Positions 46,628 through 55,197 of a stretch of 64,000 nt of DNA are shown one piece after another. Each line of letters begins with the position of its first letter. Positions within the stretch are counted from its first letter, which is position 1. The position numbers were made by a program, and so were the translations under genes. Source of the stretch: an uncultured Dehalococcoidia bacterium (GTDB lineage Bacteria; Chloroflexota; Dehalococcoidia; Lucifugimonadales; G958296245); NCBI GenBank assembly GCA_958296245.1, contig OY282458.1, positions 926,440 through 990,439 on the forward strand. The letters run 5' to 3'. The notes beneath the pieces are model-generated. The model saw only the letters and a list, made by a program, of their open reading frames with translations. It was not told the origin of the DNA and did no database searches.

Positions 46628-47625
46628 AGCGCGATTGCCTCGGGGTTGACCAGACGGTCCGGCCGCTCGCCGTCCACCCATCGAAGCACGTCGTCCGCCA
46701 TCATTGCGGAGTGGCGCTCGACAGTCTCCTCGGTGGCCCCGCCGAGGTGTGGGGTCAGAATGACGTTTTCTAGCTGGAGCAAGGGGCTGTCGGGGGCGAT
46801 GGGCTGGGTCTCGAAGACATCCAGGGCGGCCCCGGCGATCCGGCGCTCGGAGAGAGCCTGCACCATGGCCCGTTCGTCGACAATGGCCGCGTCGGCGAGG
46901 CTGATGAGGTAAGCGGTTGGCTTCATCAAGCTCAGCCGGCGCGCGTCTATCATCCCCCTGGTCTCCGGGGTCAGCGGGGCGTGGATCGAGACGAAGTCGG
47001 ACTCCGACAGCAGATCGTCGAGCGCCGCGAGCCGGGCGCCCTGAGCGGGCGCTGATGCGTGGGGGCCGTAGGCGATGCATGACATTCCAGCAGCGGTTGC
47101 GATGGACGCCAACCTGCGCCCAATGGCGCCGAATCCGACGATGCCCAGGGTCCGGCCAGCCAGCTCCACCCCCCTCAGGGTCAGGTACGGCTCCAGAGGG
47201 TTTTGCCAGCGCCGCCCCTTTACGTAGGCGTGCGCCTCCGGGATGCGGCGCGCCAAGGATAGCATCAGCCCCAAGGCATGCTCGGCTACGGCCTGAGCGT
47301 TGCGCCCGGGGGTGTTGACCACCATCACGCCGCGCCGGGTCGCGGCCTCCACGTCCACGTGGCTAGTGGATGCGCGGCACACGCCCACCAGCCCGAGGCC
47401 CGGAGCTGCGTCGAAAACCTCATCGAACACGAAGTCCACCTCGACGACGAGTATATCGTAACCCTCTTCGTCGAGCCTTGCGCCCAACTCCTCCGGGTCC
47501 TTGAGCTGACGGGTCTCCATCCAGCTCTCGTAGCTCACGTAGAACCGCTGCCGCAGCCGGACGAGTTGCGTTTCGCTGAACGGCGCGAGTATCAGAGCGC
47601 GATGGTCTCCTCCGGGGGCTCTCAC
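46624..47625 (-). CDS. D-isomer-specific 2-hydroxyacid dehydrogenase (phosphoglycerate dehydrogenase-like)
   Basis: ..GIVGFGAIGRRLA.., ..ISLADAAIVD.., ..TPHLGGAT... Start proposed at GTG 47625 (GGAG 8 nt upstream); the ORF track start 47724 is less likely. Confidence 0.75.
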   Translation of the reverse strand: MRAPGGDHRALILAPFSETQLVRLRQRFYVSYESWMETRQLKDPEELGARLDEEGYDILVVEVDFVFDEVFDAAPGLGLVGVCRASTSHVDVEAATRRGVMVVNTPGRNAQAVAEHALGLMLSLARRIPEAHAYVKGRRWQNPLEPYLTLRGVELAGRTLGIVGFGAIGRRLASIATAAGMSCIAYGPHASAPAQGARLAALDDLLSESDFVSIHAPLTPETRGMIDARRLSLMKPTAYLISLADAAIVDERAMVQALSERRIAGAALDVFETQPIAPDSPLLQLENVILTPHLGGATEETVERHSAMMADDVLRWVDGERPDRLVNPEAIAL

Positions 47626-47761
47626 AGTGTTCACTCCAACCCGGGCCGAAGCCCGCCTAGGCGCCTTCCGCCAAGCCAGGCGCGCTCGTTCAGTCCATCG
47701 ACATCCTGGAATGCCAGGGTACACACGCCGCCGGTCTTAAGGTAGGGGCCCAGCGCGGCGG

Positions 47762-49192
47762 TCATCTCGAACCGGATGCCAGCGCGTCGGCAGCGAAGAC
47801 ACCGCTGCGCACGGCGCCCTCCATGGTGGACGGCCAGCCGGTGTCGGTCCACTCGCCGGCTAGGAACAGGTTGGGCAGGGGCGTCGCCTGCGGCAGTCGG
47901 CACTTGCCGGCGCCCGGCGCCGACCGGAAGGTCGCGCGCGTCTCCTTGACCACCAGGGAGCGTTCCAACGCTGCCTCTCGCGCCTTGGGCAGCAGCCGCG
48001 CCATCTCAGCGCCGAACTCTTCCACGAGGTCGTCCTTAGGGCGGTCGATGTAACGCCATGCGCCGCTGAGCGAGATGCACAGGTACTGCCCCCGCCCGTT
48101 GGACCCCTGTATCAGGCTCTTGTTGAACACGAACTGGACCGGACTATCCAGAAACGCCGCTAAGGGGCTGTCCATCACCGGTCTGTCGTACCATAGGTGG
48201 ATATCGACGATCGGCGACGACGTAAGGCGGGAGGCGGGTTCGAAGAAAGGGCTCCCGGAGACCTCCGGCGGCAGGACGTCCAACAGTGCGCCGAAGGGCA
48301 GGGCGCTGACGTATGCGTCGGCCTTCGCTGCGCGGCCGCCGGATAGCTCTACCCCTGTAACCCCGCCGTCTTCTACCCTGATGGCTCTGACCGACCTGCC
48401 CAAAGCGAGCTCCCCCCCTGCCTTCTCTATGCAGCGCTGCGACGGCTCGCCGTTCAGCGGCGTGAGCCCCACCGTCGGGTACCCGAGCGCCGCGTCCTCC
48501 GGCTTGCTGAGGAGTCCTTCTTGGAAAATCATCAGCGCCATGTCCGCGCTGGTGTCACGCACGCTGTCGTTGAGGGCTGGGAGGACTATCAGTTCCCACA
48601 GATTGTCTATGGTGCGCTCCGTCTGGTGGTGACGTTTCAGCCAGTCGTAGCAACTCTCGGCGTCGAGGGCCGCCCCGTGCTTCGACCGGTCCGCCAGGCC
48701 CGCCTTCGTCAATCCGTAGAGCGCCAGCAGCTTATCGCGGAGTCCGACGTGGGGATACCGGAGGAATGACGGCAGCAGGTGGAACCTGCCCAGCCACGGG
48801 GTGCTGGCGAGCACCCCGGCCCTCCCGTTGCGCACCACCTCGACCCTCAACCGAGGCTGGAAGTACACCCTGTCCAGGACCCCCACGGCCTTGAGGAAGT
48901 CTACGTAGTAAGTGCAGCAGCCCGTGAAAACGTGCTGGCCGTTGTCCACCTCCTCGCCGGTCTCGTGGTCGCGGAACGAGAAGGCGCGGCCGCCAAGGAA
49001 AGGGCGCTTTTCTACCAGTGTAACCCGCATCCCGTGTTGCAGCAGCCGCAACGAAGCCGAGAGGCCGGCGAGGCCGCCCCCGAGGACCAGGACGGATTCC
49101 GCTTTACCTCGGCCCGTAGTCGGGCGCCGGCTTCCCGACAGCGGGGTCAGGCCCTTCCCGGAGCGTTCTTCGATATGAGGCTTGCTGCCCAT
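47762..49192 (-). CDS. hpnE: FAD-dependent desaturase-like oxidoreductase, likely hydroxysqualene dehydroxylase
   Basis: VLVLGGGLAGLSASLRL dinucleotide fold, amine-oxidase/phytoene-desaturase-like length and C-terminal ..LFLAGEWT... Assignment rests on its position after two tandem squalene/phytoene-synthase paralogues. Confidence 0.65.
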   Translation of the reverse strand: MGSKPHIEERSGKGLTPLSGSRRPTTGRGKAESVLVLGGGLAGLSASLRLLQHGMRVTLVEKRPFLGGRAFSFRDHETGEEVDNGQHVFTGCCTYYVDFLKAVGVLDRVYFQPRLRVEVVRNGRAGVLASTPWLGRFHLLPSFLRYPHVGLRDKLLALYGLTKAGLADRSKHGAALDAESCYDWLKRHHQTERTIDNLWELIVLPALNDSVRDTSADMALMIFQEGLLSKPEDAALGYPTVGLTPLNGEPSQRCIEKAGGELALGRSVRAIRVEDGGVTGVELSGGRAAKADAYVSALPFGALLDVLPPEVSGSPFFEPASRLTSSPIVDIHLWYDRPVMDSPLAAFLDSPVQFVFNKSLIQGSNGRGQYLCISLSGAWRYIDRPKDDLVEEFGAEMARLLPKAREAALERSLVVKETRATFRSAPGAGKCRLPQATPLPNLFLAGEWTDTGWPSTMEGAVRSGVFAADALASGSR

Positions 49193-50022
49193 GTTTTCGC
49201 CATGATGAAGAGCTTGCGGCGGGTGCTCAGGCCGATGCGGCGTTGGAAGACGTCGTACCCGGACCGCTCGATGCTGGTCAGAAGGGCGCTATAGATGCCG
49301 GTCAGGACTTCCGGGCACGCCCTGGCCCGAAGTCCCAATAGGGGCATCAGGCGGCTGCCGCTGTCGAAGTACCGCCGAGCCCGGGCCGTCTGAAACCGCA
49401 TCAGGTCTTTGAACTGCTCGTTGACCGTCCCGTCCATGAGCTGTTGCTGAGTGTAGCCGAAGGCGGCAAGCTCGCCCAGGGGAATGTATATCCTGCCGCG
49501 TTCAGCGTCTTCCTTGACGTCGCGCAGGATGTTCGTGAGCTGCATAGCTATGCCCAGATCGACCGCGTATCCCTTCGCGGCCTCGTCGCGGTAGCCGAGC
49601 ACCTCTATGCCGATCAGACCCACGGAGGACGCCACGCCGGAACAGTACTTGCGGAGTTCCTCGAAGGTGTCGTACCTGATCTTGACGAGGTCCATCTCTA
49701 CGCCGTCCACCACCTCCTCGAAGAGGCTGACCGGGATGGAGAACGTCGCGATGGCGTGCCTCAGAGCTTCGAACACGGGGTCCGGGGGGGCGCCAACCTC
49801 TCCTCTCAGGCGCGCCCGCGTGTCACGCAGCGCCGCGCGTTTATCCTCAACGGTGTCCTCGCCGTCGGCGATGTCGTCGCACCGCCTACAGAAGGCGTAG
49901 GCCGCGTAGATGGCGCGCCGTTGCCGGGACGGCAGCGTACGGAAGGCGTAGTAGAAGTTCTTGGCCCGCGCCCTCGTGATGTTCCGGCAGATGGTGTAGG
50001 CTGCCTGCGGCTCAGTAGTCAC
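49147..50022 (-). CDS. hpnD: squalene/phytoene synthase family, likely presqualene diphosphate synthase
   Basis: YAFCRRCDDIADGE and NILRDVKEDAERGRIYIP Asp-rich motifs; second of two tandem paralogues, with a 4-nt overlap to the first. Confidence 0.65.
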   Translation of the reverse strand: MTTEPQAAYTICRNITRARAKNFYYAFRTLPSRQRRAIYAAYAFCRRCDDIADGEDTVEDKRAALRDTRARLRGEVGAPPDPVFEALRHAIATFSIPVSLFEEVVDGVEMDLVKIRYDTFEELRKYCSGVASSVGLIGIEVLGYRDEAAKGYAVDLGIAMQLTNILRDVKEDAERGRIYIPLGELAAFGYTQQQLMDGTVNEQFKDLMRFQTARARRYFDSGSRLMPLLGLRARACPEVLTGIYSALLTSIERSGYDVFQRRIGLSTRRKLFIMAKTWAASLISKNAPGRA

Positions 50023-50909
50023 AGGGCCCTTCCCCGTATCCGAAGCTTCAAAGCCGTGCGTATCATCAGCCCGATCTTGGCCCTCTTGGAGAGGACAGGC
50101 CGCTTCGAAAGTACGTCGAAGCGCTGACGCTCGATAGCATCCAGCACCCGCATGCCCCCGAGGCTGAACAATGCGGCGTCCAGCCTGATCCTGCCGTCCA
50201 ACGTCGAGACCAACTCCAAGCCTCGGTGGAACAGCACTCGAGCCCGCCCGACCTCGAAAGCCATCATGTCCCGAAACGCCGGCGTGAACTTCCTTCCGGC
50301 AAGCATAGCCTCAGAGTATCCGAAGCGTTCCATGTCCTCCAAGGGGATGTAGATTCGCCCCATCTCGTAGTCGCGGCGTACGTCCTGCCAGAAATTGGTC
50401 AGTTGTAGGGCCGTGCATGTGTAGTCGGATAGCATCTGACGATGGGCGTCGCGATATCCGAATAGGTGCAACACGATGCGCCCTACCGGGTTCGCCGAGT
50501 GTTGGCAATAGTACTCCAGGGCCTCGTAGTCCGGATACCTCTTTGTACGCTGGTCGATCCGGTTCGCCTCGACCAGCTTCAGAAACGGCTCGATGGGTAT
50601 ATCGTGCTCGCGTATCGTCTGTTGGAGGGCAACGAGATAGGGGTGGACAGGCGCGCCGCCGTAGCACAGGCGGACGCCGCGCTCCAGATCGTCCAGGGCG
50701 GCCAGTCGGTCCCCCTCGTACCTGTCCCCGAGATCGTCTACGTAACGGCAGAAAGCATAGACGGCGTATACGTGGCGGCGCTTCTCCTTGGGCAACAGCC
50801 AGGAGGCGACGGTGAAATTCTCATAGTGCCCCTCGGCCAGTTGCGCGCAGAGGGCGTACCCCTCCTCTGCCGTGTATCGCCGCGCCTGCGCCTGTAGTAC
50901 CGTTTCCAC
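50019..50909 (-). CDS. hpnC: squalene/phytoene synthase family, likely hydroxysqualene synthase
   Basis: YAFCRYVDDLGDRY and NFWQDVRRDYEMGRIYIP; first of the tandem pair. The C/D assignment follows the usual hpnCDE gene order only. Confidence 0.6.
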   Translation of the reverse strand: METVLQAQARRYTAEEGYALCAQLAEGHYENFTVASWLLPKEKRRHVYAVYAFCRYVDDLGDRYEGDRLAALDDLERGVRLCYGGAPVHPYLVALQQTIREHDIPIEPFLKLVEANRIDQRTKRYPDYEALEYYCQHSANPVGRIVLHLFGYRDAHRQMLSDYTCTALQLTNFWQDVRRDYEMGRIYIPLEDMERFGYSEAMLAGRKFTPAFRDMMAFEVGRARVLFHRGLELVSTLDGRIRLDAALFSLGGMRVLDAIERQRFDVLSKRPVLSKRAKIGLMIRTALKLRIRGRAL

Positions 50910-51028
50910 CTGGTCTCACGCACCCGTTAACCGGGCCTGGAGCCCCACGTTTCGAAGCCGCGCCCATGCCGACGGACTCGCCTTGGCCGCCTCGCCTCGC
51001 CGTGGTCCCGCGCCGCCCACTCTCGGCC

Positions 51029-51970
51029 TCAGTGTTCCCGCGCGACCAGGAAGCGGGTTAGCTCTTCCAGCCCGTCGTATGCTGAGGGCGCCAGGTCCAG
51101 GGGTCGGAGCGGCTCCAAGACCTGGCCGCTGTACTCCGTCGTCAGGGATTCGCAGTACCGCCGGGCCCCGGCGGCCTCCATGACGTCCAACACCGCCATG
51201 ACGTCGTCGTCCGTTACCCCGGGTTGGCCGTATACCTCGTGGAGCAGCCCCCGGCCTCCACTTCCGGCCTCCGACATGGTGTAGACCACCGGCAGCGAGT
51301 TCTTCTTACGCCTGATGTCGGCCCCAACCGGCTTTCCGGTGATCTCCTCCTTACCCCAGACGCCAAGCATGTCGTCTCTTATCTGGAATAGGAGCCCCAG
51401 GGAGCGCCCACAATTGGCAAAGGCGTCCACTATGGCCGCATCCCCGGATCCTATGGCGGCGCCTATGCTCATCGAGCATCGGATGAGGGCGGCTGTCTTC
51501 CTGGATATCATCTCGAAGTAGTCGTCCAACCCGACGTCGAGCCGTCCCTCGAACTCGATGTCCATGTACTGGCCCTCGATCATGTCCATGTGGGCGGCCG
51601 TCAATAAGGCAGCCACCTCCAGGGCGGAGGCGTGAGAGTGGCCGTGCTTGGACAGGTCCCATATAGAGAGGTCTGCGACCACCCGCATGACGTTCCCGGC
51701 TGCCAGGGCCTTAGCGTCGCCCCATATTGTCCATAGCGTGGGGCGATGGCGCCGCACCTCGTCGCGGTCCTGGATCTCGTCGTGGATCAGTGAGAAGTTG
51801 TGTATCAGCTCCAGGGCCACGGCGGCAGGGACGGCGCTGGCCGCCCGCCCGCCGGTAGCCTCACAGGCGAACAGGCACAGGGGCGGGCGCAGAAGCTTTC
51901 CCACAGGGGCGGAGACCTCTCTGCCCTGTGCGTCGCACCACCCCATCGTGTACCGGAGCATCCGGTACAC
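51029..51970 (-). CDS. polyprenyl diphosphate synthase (FPP/GGPP synthase family)
   Basis: First Asp-rich motif region LIHDEIQDRDEVRRHRPT (DE instead of DD) and second motif FQIRDDMLG. Confidence 0.8.
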   Translation of the reverse strand: MYRMLRYTMGWCDAQGREVSAPVGKLLRPPLCLFACEATGGRAASAVPAAVALELIHNFSLIHDEIQDRDEVRRHRPTLWTIWGDAKALAAGNVMRVVADLSIWDLSKHGHSHASALEVAALLTAAHMDMIEGQYMDIEFEGRLDVGLDDYFEMISRKTAALIRCSMSIGAAIGSGDAAIVDAFANCGRSLGLLFQIRDDMLGVWGKEEITGKPVGADIRRKKNSLPVVYTMSEAGSGGRGLLHEVYGQPGVTDDDVMAVLDVMEAAGARRYCESLTTEYSGQVLEPLRPLDLAPSAYDGLEELTRFLVAREH

Positions 51971-52201
51971 GCCTACTCTATCGGTATCCAGGCTTCTGCG
52001 GAGCGCCCCGTCGATCGCCGGCTTGAACCTGGAAAAGGGACGGGGAAGATCGGGAGCGATTCCGATGGTCTTGGCAGTTGGATCTGGCAGCGCAGCCTCC
52101 CCTCAGGGGCCTGATCGTAGAGGAGTTGGGCCGCGAGGGCCTCCCCCAAAGCCTAACCCGGCGCCTGAGACTGATTCGGTGAAGCCCCGGCGCACCGGCT
52201 T

Positions 52202-52633
52202 CTACGGAATAGCAGCGACCGCCGTGACCTCCGCCAGAGCCTCGGGGCCGTAGAGGGCGTCTATGATCAACAACGTGCTCGGCGGATAGTCGCCGTCGGG
52301 GAACAGCTCCTCGATGATCTTCGTCCGCTCCTCCAAGAAGTCGGCCACGTTCTCCCGGCCCACGACGTAGGTCGTGAACTGAACGACGTTTGCGAAGGAA
52401 GCCCCGGCGCTCTCCAGGATCCGGCCCATGTTGTCGTATATCTGCCGGACCTGCGCCTTGACGTCGCCTTCGCCCACGAAATTGCCCTCGGCGTCCACTG
52501 ACACCTGCCCGGCCAGGTGCAGGAGCTCGCGCGCCTTCACGCGGCTCAGGTGCGAGTAGTAGCCTGCGGGCGCGTGAACCGTGTCGGGATTTGTGCGTTG
52601 TATCTTCGGCATTGCGAGCGGGCTCCTTGGCAA
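52202..52633 (-). CDS. RidA/YjgF/TdcF-family protein
   Basis: ..APAGYYSH..LLHLAGQVSVD..GNFVG.., ..PPSTLLII..L....LAEVTAVA. Confidence 0.8.
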   Translation of the reverse strand: MPRSPLAMPKIQRTNPDTVHAPAGYYSHLSRVKARELLHLAGQVSVDAEGNFVGEGDVKAQVRQIYDNMGRILESAGASFANVVQFTTYVVGRENVADFLEERTKIIEELFPDGDYPPSTLLIIDALYGPEALAEVTAVAAIP

Positions 52634-52635
52634 AC

Positions 52636-53058
52636 CTACGCGGCGCCTGGTCCTGGCGCGACCGCCACCGCGGTAACCTCGATAAGCATGTCAGGGTCCT
52701 GTAGTCCCGGTATGACCAGCAGCGTGTTGGGCGGGTAGGCCCCGCCGGGGAACAGCCGCTCGAAGAGCGGGGCCCGCGCTTCGCGGTAACCCGGAATATA
52801 CTCGGCCCCCGTCAGGTACGTCGTGAGATGGACGATGTTACCAGGAGAGGCCCCCGCGCTCTCCAGAATCCTCTCTATGTTGCGGAAAGCCTCTACGGTC
52901 TGAACGCCCACGTCCCCCTTGCCGAGGAGGTTCCCGCCGCGATCGAGCGCCACCTGGCCCGCTAGGTACAGAATCTCGGCGGGCTCGGTTCGGGCAAGGT
53001 GGGAGTACATCCCAACGGGGGTGTGCAGACCGCCCGGGCTGATCATCGCGCGCGGCAT
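52636..53058 (-). CDS. RidA/YjgF/TdcF-family protein (tandem paralogue)
   Basis: ..TPVGMYSH..ILYLAGQVALD..GNLLG.., ..PPNTLLVI......LIEVTAVA; 2-nt gap to the next RidA gene. Confidence 0.8.
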   Translation of the reverse strand: MPRAMISPGGLHTPVGMYSHLARTEPAEILYLAGQVALDRGGNLLGKGDVGVQTVEAFRNIERILESAGASPGNIVHLTTYLTGAEYIPGYREARAPLFERLFPGGAYPPNTLLVIPGLQDPDMLIEVTAVAVAPGPGAA

Positions 53059-53072
53059 CCTCTAGGCTCCGC

Positions 53073-54026
53073 TCAGGACGCGGCGCCCGCCGCTGCGCGG
53101 GCGTCCTCGAGCAGCTTTCTGAAGCCGTCCTTGATTTCCGGCGTAACCGCTGCGTCCCGCGAGGGCCGCCGCGACACCCCGGCGTCGAGTCCGGCAGCCT
53201 CCAAGGCTGGGCGCACGAACACGCCCTCTCCGGCCGTCTCGGCCATGATCGCGTCCACCAGCGCATTGTACGGGGTCATGAACTCGTCGAAGACACCCTG
53301 CGCCTCCGCGTGCCGACCGGCTTCCATCAGGTCCCACACCCGCCATGGGTGCTGCGGGTAGAAGTTCAAGACGTGGTTGATCCAGCCCGTGCATCCCAGC
53401 ATATGACCGAGCACCGGCATCAACGAGTTGTCGAGGACAGCTACCTTCGGGTTGAACCTGATCACGCCCGCGTGGAACCTCTCCAGGAACCCCGATCCCC
53501 ACTTGACCGCAACGATATTGGGTATCTCTATCAGCCGGTCCATCACCTCCAGCGGCACGTCGTACTTGGAGCCGCTGTAGTAATGGCTATACGCGATGAG
53601 GGACGCGCTCGTGTTCTTTGCAACTTCTTCGTGCCACTCGATGACGTCGGAGTCCCGGCAGTCGTAGTAGAAAGCGTTGCTGATCTGGGCGGCGTCGACG
53701 CCGACCTCCTCGCAGAAGTTGCAGAGGTCGATCGTAACCCTGATGTCCGTGCTCTGCACCCCGGCCATTACCGGAATGCGCCCCCCGGAAACGTCGGCGA
53801 CGGTCTTGATGACCTGCATCCTCTCCTCGGGGGACATGGCGGTAAAGTCCCCCCCGGAGCCGGCTGCCAGGAAAATCGTGTTGCCCGGCGCCGCGCCCTG
53901 ATCGATGATCCACTGGACGTTGCGGGCGAGGGCGTCCGTGTCCACGGAGCCGTCCCCCGCAAAGATGGTCGGCAACGGGACCACAACACCCCTGAATCTA
54001 CTTCGTGCTTGCTCCCTGGTCAGCAT
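53073..54026 (-). CDS. dihydrodipicolinate synthase-family class I aldolase (substrate unknown)
   Basis: ORF trimmed to ATG 54026 (GAGGAG upstream). FRGVVVPLPTIF..DGSVD.., ..FLAAGSGGDF.., ..KWGS... Confidence 0.75.
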   Translation of the reverse strand: MLTREQARSRFRGVVVPLPTIFAGDGSVDTDALARNVQWIIDQGAAPGNTIFLAAGSGGDFTAMSPEERMQVIKTVADVSGGRIPVMAGVQSTDIRVTIDLCNFCEEVGVDAAQISNAFYYDCRDSDVIEWHEEVAKNTSASLIAYSHYYSGSKYDVPLEVMDRLIEIPNIVAVKWGSGFLERFHAGVIRFNPKVAVLDNSLMPVLGHMLGCTGWINHVLNFYPQHPWRVWDLMEAGRHAEAQGVFDEFMTPYNALVDAIMAETAGEGVFVRPALEAAGLDAGVSRRPSRDAAVTPEIKDGFRKLLEDARAAAGAAS

Positions 54027-54109
54027 GGGAACTCCTCGGTTATCGGTAATGCGAGCCGGCGGCGCCGCAGCGGTCGCGGCTCGTGGAAGACGGAAGCGCC
54101 TAGCGCCTC

Positions 54110-55075
54110 CTAGCCGGAGGTGGCCGCCGCGGCCTTGGCCGCCGTCGCCGCGACCGGCCATCCAAACCCCAGAAGCACGTCGCGCACCTCGTCCAACTCG
54201 CGCTCGTTCAGGGCCTTCGACGGTGGACGCGACGCCCCTACCGGCTGCCCCATGAGAGCCATTATCCCCTTCTTGAGCCTGGCCTGCCCCCCTGAGCGCC
54301 CCGTGAACTTCTCGTCGAGCACACGCAGAGGTTCGTTCACCGAGTCGTACAGCGCCTGCGCCTCGTCGTACTGGCCTGCTTCCAAAAGGTCCCAGACCTT
54401 CAGATCATGGGCCGGGTAAGCCTCCGCCGTCAGGTTGATGTACCCGCGCCCGCCGAGCTTGTGGCACAGCGCAGCCCCTCCGCCGTTGTCGATGACGCTG
54501 AAGATGCCGGAAAACCTCGACATCTCCGAGTAGTCGACCCCCTCGGGGGCGCTCCACTTGATGGCCGCGATCTGTTCCATGTCCGCCATCTTCATGATGG
54601 TGTCTACCTCGATCCGGCCTCCCGACATCCAGTGCGTATGGTAGACCATGATGCCTATGTCTATGGCGTCCGACAGCTCCCCGAAGTAGTCCAGCAGGTC
54701 GTCCTGGCTGGGCAAATTGAATATCGGAGGGCATACCTGCAGCCCAACCGCTCCCATGTCCTGAGCCCGCTTGGCGTCGTCTATGGTCCTCTTGGTGTCC
54801 TTATAGTGCAGGCCGCACACCACCGCGGCCCTGCCTGCCGACGCCTGAACAACCGTCCTGAGCAAGAACGGCCACTCGTCATCCCCAAGCATCGGCCCCT
54901 CTCCCATGGCCGCTGCAACTTTGATGACCGAGCGCCCTTTGACCAGTCCGTTCTCTACCCACCCCTCGGTGAGGTCGTGCATCCGCGAGAAGTCAACTTC
55001 GAAATTGTCATCGAACGGTGTGGGGACCGTTGCTATCGGCCCCACGAAAAGCGGCTTCAACTCGTCGCGCCTCAT
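54110..55075 (-). CDS. dihydrodipicolinate synthase-family class I aldolase (substrate unknown)
   Basis: ATG 55075 with AAGGAGAGGA upstream. ..GPIATVPTPFDDNFEVD.., ..AAMGEGPML.., ..GLQVCPP.., ..IKWSA... Confidence 0.75.
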   Translation of the reverse strand: MRRDELKPLFVGPIATVPTPFDDNFEVDFSRMHDLTEGWVENGLVKGRSVIKVAAAMGEGPMLGDDEWPFLLRTVVQASAGRAAVVCGLHYKDTKRTIDDAKRAQDMGAVGLQVCPPIFNLPSQDDLLDYFGELSDAIDIGIMVYHTHWMSGGRIEVDTIMKMADMEQIAAIKWSAPEGVDYSEMSRFSGIFSVIDNGGGAALCHKLGGRGYINLTAEAYPAHDLKVWDLLEAGQYDEAQALYDSVNEPLRVLDEKFTGRSGGQARLKKGIMALMGQPVGASRPPSKALNERELDEVRDVLLGFGWPVAATAAKAAAATSG

Positions 55076-55197
55076 TAAAGTCCTCTCCTTGGCCTCGGTC
55101 GTTGGGGATGTTTGCCCTCCTTCAGCCTGCCGTCGGCCTCAAGGAATTGGGCGCTGCAATTATATTGCCGCACCCGCTCCCCGGTCAACAAATCGCA

